A program made the translations under genes and the position numbers. This document shows, piece after piece, positions 1 to 8,700 of a stretch of DNA of 59,209 nt. Within the stretch, counting starts at the first letter, position 1; each line of letters starts with the position of its first letter. The notes under the pieces are model-generated. The model saw nothing but the letters and a program-made list of their open reading frames with translations, had not been told where the DNA came from and did not search any database. Origin of the DNA: Aristaeellaceae bacterium (GTDB lineage Bacteria > Bacillota > Clostridia > Christensenellales > Aristaeellaceae). The stretch spans positions 1 to 59,209 of the forward strand of contig JBJEUL010000176.1 of assembly GCA_051883835.1 (NCBI GenBank), written 5' to 3'.

Positions 1-711
1 CCCCGGCATGTGGCCATCATCATGGACGGCAACGGCCGCTGGGCCAAGAAGCACAAGCTCAATGTTGCCAAGGGCCATCGGCAGGGAACGGAGACGCTGC
101 GGGAAATTATCCGCCACACGGATGACCTGGGCATTGAGGCCCTGACCATCTACGCCTTCTCCACGGAGAACTGGAAGCGTTCCCCGGAGGAGGTGGCTGC
201 GCTGATGCAGCTGATTCTTGACTTCTTCGCCTCGGAAATTGACGAGCTGGATGCCAAGAATGTGCGCATCCTGATTCTGGGGGACAAGCAGGGCCTGCCG
301 GACAAGCAGCGGGACGTGCTGATGGAAGCGGAGGACCGCACCTGCAAGAATACCGGCCTGCGCCTGAACATCGCGCTCAACTACGGCGGGCGGGCGGAAA
401 TCGCCCGTGCGGCCCGGGAGCTGGCCAAGCTGGTGCAGGCAGGGCAAATGCTGCCCGAGGACATCGACGAGGAAGCCATCGCCTGCCACCTGTATACCCG
501 GGGTCAGCCGGAGGTGGATTTGATGATTCGCACCAGCGGGGAGATGCGGCTGAGCAACTTCCTGCTCTATCAGTGCGCCTATGCGGAGTTCCTGTTCCCC
601 AAGGTGCTGTGGCCTGACTTTACCGTGGCGGACTACGACGAGGCATTGACGGCCTATGGCGGACGTGAGCGACGCTTTGGCAGGAGGTTGCAAGATGGCG
701 GGAAGCAATGA
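1..711 (+). CDS. uppS: Undecaprenyl diphosphate synthase (isoprenyl transferase), N-terminus cut by window edge
   Basis: Frame 1 reads PRHVAIIMDGNGRWAKK (UppS signature) and IRTSGEMRLSNFLLYQCAYAEF. Followed by cdsA-dxr-rseP as in other Firmicutes. Confidence 0.93.
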   Translation, partial: PRHVAIIMDGNGRWAKKHKLNVAKGHRQGTETLREIIRHTDDLGIEALTIYAFSTENWKRSPEEVAALMQLILDFFASEIDELDAKNVRILILGDKQGLPDKQRDVLMEAEDRTCKNTGLRLNIALNYGGRAEIARAARELAKLVQAGQMLPEDIDEEAIACHLYTRGQPEVDLMIRTSGEMRLSNFLLYQCAYAEFLFPKVLWPDFTVADYDEALTAYGGRERRFGRRLQDGGKQ

Positions 712-1528
712 GAAGATGCAGCGGGTTGTCACCGGTGCGGTTCTGGCGGCGGCGGCAGCTGTGCTGATGATTTTCGGCGGCGCGGTGATGGCTACGGCGG
801 CACTGGTGTGCATCTGCATCGCCATGTATGAGGAGTATCATGCCTTGAAGGTGGCGGGAAACCGGCCTGTGGCGTGGCCCACCTGGCTGGGCGTGGTGCT
901 GAGCATCCCGCTGGCGAGTCTGGGCGGCACGCGGGTGCTGGTTCCGCTCATCATGGGTGTGTTCCTGCTCACGGCCATCTGCGTCATGTTCCGCGCCCAG
1001 CCTCGGCTGGAGGATGCGCTGATGAGCATCATGCCCCTGTTCACCATTGCCCTGCCGGGCATGTGCGTGGTGGCCATGTCCCTGATGCAGCCCAAGGGCC
1101 TGCAGGTGGTGCTGCTGTGCCTGGCCTTTGCCACGCCCTGCGTGGGGGATATGGCGGCCTATGCGGTGGGCAGCCGCGTTCGCGGGCCGAAGCTGTGTCC
1201 CGCCGTCAGCCCCAACAAAACCATTTCCGGGGCCATTGCCGGGCTGGTGGGCAGTCTGCTGACCGCACTGCTGGTGGGCGGTATCGGCTATCTGTGCGTG
1301 TCGCCGGAAACACGGCTGCTCCTGCCGAGCTGGTGGCAGTATCTGCTGATGGGTCTGGTGGGCGGCGTGGCAAGCCAGATGGGCGACCTGTGGGCCTCCA
1401 TGGTCAAGCGGCACTGCGGCATCAAGGACTTTTCCAACCTGTTCCCCGGGCATGGCGGCATGCTGGACCGTATTGACAGTATCCTGTTCATGTCGGTGGT
1501 GGTGTTCTGCTTCTGTGTGATGCTGTGA
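695..1528 (+). CDS. cdsA: Phosphatidate cytidylyltransferase
   Basis: Polytopic membrane ORF with C-terminal signature SQMGDLWASMVKRHCGIKDFSNLFPGHGGMLDRIDS. ATG 695 is preceded by AGGAGG (682-687) and overlaps the uppS stop. Confidence 0.9.
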   Translation: MAGSNEKMQRVVTGAVLAAAAAVLMIFGGAVMATAALVCICIAMYEEYHALKVAGNRPVAWPTWLGVVLSIPLASLGGTRVLVPLIMGVFLLTAICVMFRAQPRLEDALMSIMPLFTIALPGMCVVAMSLMQPKGLQVVLLCLAFATPCVGDMAAYAVGSRVRGPKLCPAVSPNKTISGAIAGLVGSLLTALLVGGIGYLCVSPETRLLLPSWWQYLLMGLVGGVASQMGDLWASMVKRHCGIKDFSNLFPGHGGMLDRIDSILFMSVVVFCFCVML

Positions 1529-1538
1529 GCGACTGTTT

Positions 1539-1576
1539 CCGTCGGAGGGATGCGTCCTTCCGACGGGTTTATGTTT
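1539..1576 (+). terminator. Intrinsic terminator after cdsA
   Basis: 10-bp stem CCGTCGGAGG/CCTTCCGACGG with a 7-8 nt loop, followed by GTTTATGTTT. Confidence 0.5.
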
Positions 1577-1652
1577 CCGCGCCCTGTCATAGGGCAGAGC
1601 GCGGCTGTTTACAATGAAGATTGCCCCCGGTCGGCAAGGAGGTTTGTTTTCG

Positions 1653-2807
1653 ATGCAAAGCATGGCTGTACTTGGCTCCACTGGCTCCATCGGCACGCAG
1701 GCCCTTGAGCTTGTGCGGCTGCACCCGGAGCGTTTCCGGGTCTGTGCGCTGACGGCGCACCGCAACAAGGAGCTGCTGTTCCGGCAGGTGCGGGAATTCC
1801 GCCCGGAGCTGGCAGGCTTGACCGAGCCCATCCCCATGGCGGATATCCCGGAGGATTTGCGCTTCTGCCGCTGGGTCATGGGCAAGGAAGCTCTGCATGC
1901 CGCCGCAGCGGAAATCAGCGCGGACATGGTGCTGGTGAGCGTAGTGGGCATTGCGGGCCTGCAAAGCGTGATGGATGCGCTCGCGGCTGGGCGGCAGGTG
2001 CTGCTGGCGAACAAGGAAGCCCTCGTCACGGGCGGTCATCTGGTGATGGAAGCCGCCCGCCGCGCAGGCAAGCCGCTGCTGCCCGTGGACAGCGAGCATA
2101 GTGCCATCTTCCAGTGCCTGCAGGGCGCGGCCCCCAACCGGCCCGTGCGGCTGCTGCTGACGGCCTCGGGCGGCCCCTTCCGCACATGGGACAAGGCCCG
2201 GATGGACGCAGCCACCCCGGCGCAGGCCCTGAAGCATCCCAACTGGAGCATGGGCGCGAAAATCACCATCGACTCGGCCAGCATGTTCAACAAGGCCCTC
2301 GAAATCATGGAGGCCCGCTGGCTCTTTGACATGCCCCCGGAGCGGATTCAGGTGGTGGTGCATCCGCAGAGCATTGTGCATTCGGCGGTGGAGTTCGCGG
2401 ACGGCGCGGTGCTGGCGCAGCTGGGCGTGCCGGACATGCGGGTACCCATCCAGTATGCCATGGCCTACCCGGAGCGGCTGACCACAAGCAGCAGACCCCT
2501 TGACCTGTTCGCGCTGGGACAGCTGACCTTTGAGCCGGGCGACCCGGTGCGCTTCCCGGCCCTTCGGCTGGCAGGGGAGTGCCTGAACGCAGGCGGTGCG
2601 GCCTGCACCATCCTCAACGGCGCGAACGAGGAAGCCGTGGCGGCCTTCCTGCGGGAGGAAATCCCCTTCGGCGGCATTACCCATCTGGTGGAGGGTGCCC
2701 TTGACAAGCTCGGCCCGATGCCCGCCAACACCCTGACGGACATCTTCCACGCGGACGCGCAGGCGCGGCAGGCGGTCAGGGAGCTGCTGCCCAAGGTTGC
2801 GCATTAA
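1653..2807 (+). CDS. dxr: 1-deoxy-D-xylulose 5-phosphate reductoisomerase
   Basis: N-terminal AVLGSTGSIGTQAL nucleotide-binding motif, LLPVDSEHSAIFQCL, WSMGAKITIDSASMFNKALE. AGGAGG at 1637-1642 lies 10 nt before ATG 1653. Confidence 0.93.
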   Translation: MQSMAVLGSTGSIGTQALELVRLHPERFRVCALTAHRNKELLFRQVREFRPELAGLTEPIPMADIPEDLRFCRWVMGKEALHAAAAEISADMVLVSVVGIAGLQSVMDALAAGRQVLLANKEALVTGGHLVMEAARRAGKPLLPVDSEHSAIFQCLQGAAPNRPVRLLLTASGGPFRTWDKARMDAATPAQALKHPNWSMGAKITIDSASMFNKALEIMEARWLFDMPPERIQVVVHPQSIVHSAVEFADGAVLAQLGVPDMRVPIQYAMAYPERLTTSSRPLDLFALGQLTFEPGDPVRFPALRLAGECLNAGGAACTILNGANEEAVAAFLREEIPFGGITHLVEGALDKLGPMPANTLTDIFHADAQARQAVRELLPKVAH

Positions 2808-2825
2808 CAGGCGGAAAGGAGCCTT

Positions 2826-3905
2826 ATGTCGATCGTGTATGTATTGATTGCAATTCTGCTGCTGGGCATTCTGGTGACGGTGCATGAAGCCGGACATTTT
2901 CTGGCGGCGCGGCTGACGGGCATTGAGGTGATGGAATTCGCCATCGGCTTCGGCCCCAAGCTCATCGGCTGGAAAAGCAAAAAGCACGGCACAGCCTTTA
3001 CTTTGCGGGTGATTCCTTTCGGCGGATACTGTGCCTTCTATGGCGAGGATGATGCCACGGGCAAGACCCGCAGCGATCCCCGGGCCTACAACCGTCAAAA
3101 GGTGTGGAAGCGCATGCTCTCGGTGGCCATGGGGCCGCTGATGAACATGGTGCTGGCCTTTGTGGTGGCAACGCTGTATTTCTGGATTGGCGGCGTGGGC
3201 GTGGCCACGGGCGTAGACCCCTACATTGCGGAGGTTGCCGCCACAGGCCCGGCCTATAACGCAGGCATCCGGGACGGGGATATCATCACCGCCGTGAACG
3301 GTGTGGACGTGCTGGACGGCACGGTGGATACGCTGCTGGGCATGATTGGCGGCTATCAGGCCGGTGACCCGCCGCTGCACATAACCGTCTCCCGCGGCGA
3401 TACCACCTTTGAAACGGACATGACCCCCTTCTGGGATGAGGAGGCCGGCAAATATCGTGTGGGCGTGAACATCGGCGGCGTGTACCGTGTGGAACGGCAG
3501 CCGGTGGGCTTCCTGGGCGCGGTGAGCAGCAGCTGGGACGTGTGCGTCTATGCCAGCGGCGTGATTATCAAGGCTCTGGGTGCCCTGGTGACCACCGGCG
3601 AGGGCTTCGAGCAGACCAGCGGCCCGGTGGGTGTGGTGAGTCTGGTCAGCCAGGAGGTGCAGAGCGGCGGTCTGGATGCCTTCGTGAACCTGCTGGTGGT
3701 GATATCCATCAATCTGGGTATCATGAATGCGCTGCCTATTCCCGGACTGGACGGGAGCCGGTTCCTGTTCATGCTGGTGGAGGCCATCCGCCGCAAGCCC
3801 ATTGCCCCGGAAAAGGAGGCCATGGTGCATCTGGCAGGCATGGTGTTCCTCTTTGGCGTGATGATTTTCTTTACCTTCCGGGATGTGCTGAACCTGTTCC
3901 GTTAA
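2826..3905 (+). CDS. rseP: RIP site-2 zinc metalloprotease (RseP/RasP family)
   Basis: HEAGHF zinc motif near the N-terminus, central PDZ-like segment, C-terminal NALPIPGLDGSRF motif, several TM helices. Confidence 0.88.
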   Translation: MSIVYVLIAILLLGILVTVHEAGHFLAARLTGIEVMEFAIGFGPKLIGWKSKKHGTAFTLRVIPFGGYCAFYGEDDATGKTRSDPRAYNRQKVWKRMLSVAMGPLMNMVLAFVVATLYFWIGGVGVATGVDPYIAEVAATGPAYNAGIRDGDIITAVNGVDVLDGTVDTLLGMIGGYQAGDPPLHITVSRGDTTFETDMTPFWDEEAGKYRVGVNIGGVYRVERQPVGFLGAVSSSWDVCVYASGVIIKALGALVTTGEGFEQTSGPVGVVSLVSQEVQSGGLDAFVNLLVVISINLGIMNALPIPGLDGSRFLFMLVEAIRRKPIAPEKEAMVHLAGMVFLFGVMIFFTFRDVLNLFR

Positions 3906-3940
3906 GGGCAGGGCAGAATAGAGCGACAGGAGGAAGCAGC

Positions 3941-4999
3941 ATGTACAAGACCCGTGTCGTCCCCGTGGGGACGCTGAAGCTGGGCGGCGACAACCCCGTG
4001 TGGGTGCAGTCCATGACCAACACCGACACCGCCGATGTCCCTGCAACGCTGAATCAAATCCGCGCACTGGCGGAAGCCGGATGCGATATCGTGCGCGTGA
4101 GCGTATACAACGAGGCCTGCGCCCGTGCCGTGCGCCAGCTGGTGGACGCATCCCCCGTACCGCTGGTGGCGGACATCCACTTTGACCATCGGCTGGCCCT
4201 GCTGGCCATGGAAAACGGCATTCACAAGCTGCGCATCAACCCCGGCAACATTGGCGGGGAGAAGAACGTGCAGGCCGTGGCGGACTGCGCCAAGGCCCAT
4301 CATGTACCCATCCGCATCGGGGTGAACAGCGGCTCCATTGAGCGGGATATCCTCGCCCGGGACGGCGGCCCCACGGCCCGGGGCATGGTGGACAGCGCGC
4401 TGAATCACGCCCGGATGCTGGAAAAGGCAGGCTTTGGCGATATCGTGCTGTCCATGAAGGCCAGCGATGTGCGCCTGACCATCGAAGCCTATGAGCTGGC
4501 GGCGCAAAGCTGCGACTATCCCCTGCATGTGGGCGTGACGGAAGCCGGACTGCCGGGGCAGGGCACCATCAAGAGCGCGATTGGCATTGGTGCGCTGCTG
4601 GCGCGGGGGATTGGCAGCACCATCCGCGTGAGCCTGACGGGCTCGCCCATTCCCGAGGGCAAGGCCGCGTGGGATATCCTGCGCGCGCTGAACCTGCGCA
4701 CACAGGGGGTGCAGCTGGTATCCTGCCCGACCTGCGGGCGCACGGCCATTGACGTGGCGGGGATTGCGGCGCGGGTGGAAGCGGAGCTGGCGGATGTGAA
4801 GGTGCCGCTGAAGGTGGCCGTGATGGGGTGCGTGGTGAACGGCCCCGGCGAGGCGCGGGAAGCGGACATCGGCATTGCTGGCGGCAAGGGCTGCGGTGCC
4901 TTGTTCCGCAAGGGCCAGGAGCCAGTGAAGGTAGAAGGCGACCTTGCCGAAATCCTCATCCGCGAGGCCCGCAAAATCGCCGCCTCCAAAACCGAGTAA
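3941..4999 (+). CDS. ispG: 4-hydroxy-3-methylbut-2-enyl diphosphate synthase (flavodoxin)
   Basis: MYKTRVVPVGTLKLGGDNPVWVQSMTNTDT start, Fe-S ligands in VSCPTCGRT and GCVVNGPGE. GGAGG-type RBS before ATG 3941; the longer ORF from 3542 overlaps rseP and is not used. Confidence 0.93.
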   Translation: MYKTRVVPVGTLKLGGDNPVWVQSMTNTDTADVPATLNQIRALAEAGCDIVRVSVYNEACARAVRQLVDASPVPLVADIHFDHRLALLAMENGIHKLRINPGNIGGEKNVQAVADCAKAHHVPIRIGVNSGSIERDILARDGGPTARGMVDSALNHARMLEKAGFGDIVLSMKASDVRLTIEAYELAAQSCDYPLHVGVTEAGLPGQGTIKSAIGIGALLARGIGSTIRVSLTGSPIPEGKAAWDILRALNLRTQGVQLVSCPTCGRTAIDVAGIAARVEAELADVKVPLKVAVMGCVVNGPGEAREADIGIAGGKGCGALFRKGQEPVKVEGDLAEILIREARKIAASKTE

Positions 5000-5207
5000 C
5001 TCCAAGGGACCGCGCCAGCGGAAAGGGGTCAAGGGGCGATGCCCCTTGTGGGGTGCAGGGGTGAAACCCCTGCGCAGGTCTGGGCGGCAGCCCAGCGCAA
5101 CACGTTAGACCGGCAAAAAGGAAAAGAGAAAAACGCGAGTTTCCCAGCAGACGGCGCAGCCCACCCGCGTCGGAAACGGCAGGTTCCGCCATCTGCAAAG
5201 GAACGCC
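5000..5207 (+). repeat. Multi-hairpin intergenic repeat, copy A (full length; module 2 diverged)
   Basis: Starts 1 nt after the ispG TAA. Carries the CGCGCCAGCG core, hairpins CAAGGGGC-GAT-GCCCCTTG, GCAGGGGT-GAA-ACCCCTGC and CTGGGC-GGCA-GCCCAG, a purine-rich linker, the GTTTCC...GGAAAC module, and the GTTCC...GGAAC hairpin. Confidence 0.9.
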
Positions 5208-5235
5208 TTTCCCCTCCCGTATGGCTCCCACCATC

Positions 5236-5272
5236 GCAAAACAGCCCGTTCCGGTTCTGCACCGGGACGGGC
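5236..5272 (-). terminator. Intrinsic terminator of the XRE regulator gene
   Basis: Stem GCCCGTTCCGG/CCGGGACGGGC (5244-5272). On the minus strand it is followed by TGTTTTG. Confidence 0.5.
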
Positions 5273-5274
5273 CA

Positions 5275-5517
5275 TTATCGTATTTCCTGCCCCAGATGCT
5301 GGAACAGCGGAGAATCGAAAAACGCCTGAATGGAGATGTCCAGCCCATCGCAGAGCTTCTTCAACGTGGAAAGGGTAACGCTGTGATTGCGGCCGTTGAC
5401 GATGTTGTTCACCGTGGACTGTGTTACGCCGCTGAGCGTACACAGGCGGTTCACCGTGATGCCCCGCTCCTGACACAGCTCCAGAATCCGCTCACGAACG
5501 GCTTCACCAATCATCAT
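5275..5517 (-). CDS. XRE-family helix-turn-helix transcriptional regulator (80 aa)
   Basis: IGEAVRERILELCQERGITVNRLCTLSGVTQSTVNNIVNGRN is a typical HTH_XRE pattern. Convergent with ispG. Confidence 0.8.
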   Translation of the reverse strand: MMIGEAVRERILELCQERGITVNRLCTLSGVTQSTVNNIVNGRNHSVTLSTLKKLCDGLDISIQAFFDSPLFQHLGQEIR

Positions 5518-5661
5518 GCGCTATCCCCCCTCTCTTGTGCACGATGTCAGCATGCCTGCTTCCTCTGGCTCAGATTACCCCCAAAGGGCTGAAAAGTCAA
5601 GGAGAGCAGGGATGGGCCGACTGGTGCATCATTCCGGGCAGCCCGCCTGCGCCCCCCTGCC

Positions 5662-5691
5662 TTGACCCATCCCGGGGAAATGGTATATAAT
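5662..5691 (+). promoter_or_regulatory. Putative sigma-A promoter of polC
   Basis: TTGACC (5662-5667), 18 nt, TATAAT (5686-5691), about 65 nt upstream of the polC start. Confidence 0.45.
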
Positions 5692-5756
5692 ATTGACACC
5701 GCACAGGACGGCTGACAGAGCCGCCCTTGTTCAGCTTCACACAAGGAGATGACCGC

Positions 5757-8700
5757 ATGAGCTACGAGGACCTGCTCAGCCAGATTTATGCCGCACTGCC
5801 GCATTTGAAGGGCCAGCTGTCCTCTCCCCGGGTGGTGTACGTCTGGGCGCAGGGCAAGGTGTATATCACCTTCGACTCAGCGGTGCTGGTGGAGGAAGCG
5901 GCCTTCCTGAAAATGGAGAGCATCCTGCGCAAGGTCTTTCCGCAAAAGCCCCTGGCCCTGCGGGTGGTCTCCCCGGGTCTCAAGGAGGACTTTCTGGACA
6001 ACATCAGCCGCTACAAGCAGGTGCTGACCGACTTCCTCAAACGCAATTACCCCGCTTCCGTGAGCTGGATGGAGCAAATCGACTGGCGGTGCGACGGCGA
6101 ACGCATCACCCTGACCTTCCCGGACGACTTCTCCCTGCAATACATGGCGCGGCAAAATATCACCGGCCGTCTGGCGCAGGCTGTGAAGGATATCTTCTCC
6201 GCCGATGTGAAGGTGGAGCTGACCGTGGCCGGCAATCAGGAGGCCCGGCTGGAGGAAATGCGCCGCGAGCGCGACAAGGCCCTGCAGGCCGCTGTGACCT
6301 TGCAGGAGCTGGCTTCCGACCACGCCGCCCCGCCCAAGGAAAAGAAGGAGCGCAAGCCTACCGCCCCACGCCCCAAAAAGGAGCCGGAGAAAGCCCCGGA
6401 AAAGAAGCCGGAACCCATCTTCCCGCAAATGACCGACACCGCCCTGGGCAAGCCCATCCTGGGCCGGGGCATTGCTGACCATCCGGTGGAAATGAAGGAG
6501 CTGGCCAGTGACAGCGGTCTGGTGGTGGTGCAGGGCGATATCTTCAAGCTGGAAACCAAGGAGCTCAAGGGCGGCGAAATGCTGCTGGTGACCTTCGCCA
6601 TCACGGACTATACCTCGTCCATCCTGTGCAAGACCTTCCTGCGCTTCCGCAAGGGCGGTGGATTTGGCCGACGCAAGGACGACGAGGCCCCGCTGCCTCC
6701 CATCACCGAGGAGGAACGCCGCGCCGTGATGGAGAAGGTGGAGCAAATCAAGCTGGGCATGAATGTCAAGGTGCGCGGTGAATGCCTCTACGATAGCTTT
6801 GCCCGGGAGCTGTCCATCTCCGTGCGGGACATGGTGCCCATGGAGCGCATCGAGCGGGAGGATACCGCTGAGGAAAAGCGCATCGAGCTGCACATGCACA
6901 CCAACATGTCCAACATGGATGCCATGACCCCCGCCGGTGACCTCATCAAGCGGGCCATCAAGTGGGGACATCCCGCCGTGGCCATTACCGACCATGGCGT
7001 GGTGCAGTCCTTCCCGGCGGCCTTCAATGCGGTGAAGAAGCAGCCCATCAAGCTCATCCCCGGCTGTGAGGGCTACCTCATTGATGACAAGGACGTGGTG
7101 AAGGACGCTGATGACCGTCCGCTGGATGATACCATCATTGTGCTGGACTTTGAGTCCACGGGCCTGAACACCGCCGTGGACCGGGTGATTGAAATCGGCG
7201 CGGTGAAGCTGGTGGGCGGCACGGTGACGGACAGCCTGTCCCTGCTGGTCAATCCCCAGCGGCCCCTGTCCCCGAAAATCACCGAGATTACCGGCATCAC
7301 CGATATGATGCTGGCCGACAAGCCCACCGCCGAGCAGGCCATCCCCCAGTTGATGGCCTTCATGGACGGGCATCCCATCGCGGCGCATAATGCCGCCTTT
7401 GACGCGGCCCTGCTGCAAGCGGAGCTGCGCCGCCTGGGCATCACCTATCACGCGCCGGTGCTGGATACCCTCACCCTGGCCCGCAAGCTGTACCCCGACA
7501 TGAAAACCCACAAGCTGGGCAGCGTGTGCAAGCAGCTGGGCGTGTCGCTCAAGAACGCCCACCGGGCCGTCCATGATGCCACCGCCACAGCCCTGTGCCT
7601 GGCGAAAATGTTCCAGCAGATCAAGGAGGAAAAGGGCTATACGAAGCTGTCCGACCTGAACCTGCTGCAGGGCGGTGCCATTGGCGAGAGCTATCATGTG
7701 ATTCTGCTGGTGAAAACGCAGGCGGGACTGGTCAATTTGAACCGTCTGGTGTCCATCGGGCATCTGGACTACTTCCGCCGCCGTCCCCACATGCCCAAGA
7801 AAATCATCCAGCAGTACCGGGAGGGGCTGATTATCGGCTCCGCCTGTGAAGCCGGAGAGCTGTTCCGCGCCGTGCTGGACAACGAGCCCTGGGAGAAATT
7901 GAAGGAAATCGCCTCGTGGTATGACTATCTGGAAATCCAGCCCATCGGCAACAATGCCTTTCTGGTGCGGGAGGGCCGCGTGCCGGACGAGGAAGGCCTG
8001 CGGGAGCTGAACCGCACCATCGTCCGCCTGGGCGAGGAGCTGGGCAAGCCCGTGGTGGCCACGGGGGACGTGCATTTCCTTGACCCGCACAACGCCATCA
8101 ACCGCGCCATCATTCAGGCGGGCATGGGCTATGAGGACTGCGACCAGCAGCCGCCCCTGTATTTCAAGACGACCAATGAAATGCTGGAGGAATTTGCCTA
8201 TCTCGGGCCGAAAAAATGTCATGAGGTGGTTATCGACAACCCCCGCATGATTGCCGACCAGGTGGAGAAGCTGCAACTCTTCCCCATCCACCCCAAGGGC
8301 GAGGATACCTTCCAGCCCCTGTGGGAGGACGCGGCGGACAATATTCAAAACATGACCTGGAACACAGCCCGGGAGCTGTACGGCGACCCCCTGCCGGAGA
8401 TTGTGGTCAAGCGGCTGGAGAAGGAATTGAAGTCCATCATCGGCTACGGCTTTGCCACGCTGTACAACATCGCCCAGAAGCTGGTGAAAAAGTCCAACGA
8501 TGACGGCTATCTGGTGGGCAGCCGCGGCTCTGTCGGCTCCAGTCTGGTGGCGCGCATGTGCGGCATCACTGAGGTGAACGCCCTGCCGCCCCATTATCGC
8601 TGCACCCATTGCCGCAAGGGCTTCTTCGATGTGGACAAGTCCCTGTATCAGGTGGGCGTTGACCTGCCGGACAAGGACTGTCCCCTGTGCGGCAAGCCCC

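Noticed and set aside
3542-3940. N-terminal extensions offered by the ORF track, such as ispG from 3542, rfbD from 23548, dtd from 48943, rsmA from 30294 and the SBP gene from 33320.
   Set aside because: The extensions overlap upstream genes or repeats and lack an RBS. Internal ATGs with GGAGG-type RBSs coincide with the conserved N-termini of the protein families.
5024-5062. Possible G-quadruplex from the four GGGG tracts in module 1 (GGGGtcaaGGGGcgatgccccttgtGGGGtgcaGGGG).
   Set aside because: The same G-tracts are already used in perfect Watson-Crick hairpins with covarying pairs. The central loop would be 13 nt long. Nothing in the sequence favours G4 folding over the hairpins.
5039-5329. 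Recurrent ORFs starting MPLVGCRG(E/K)(T/A)PAQVWAAAQRN inside every repeat copy (also at 10217, 15019, 18424 frame, 24291 frame, 40847 and 44167).
   Set aside because: Only the first 22 or so codons are shared, because they overlie the conserved hairpins. Downstream sequence and length differ completely. The ATG sits in the loop of hairpin 1 with no properly spaced RBS. The nucleotide changes follow base-pairing rather than codon logic.
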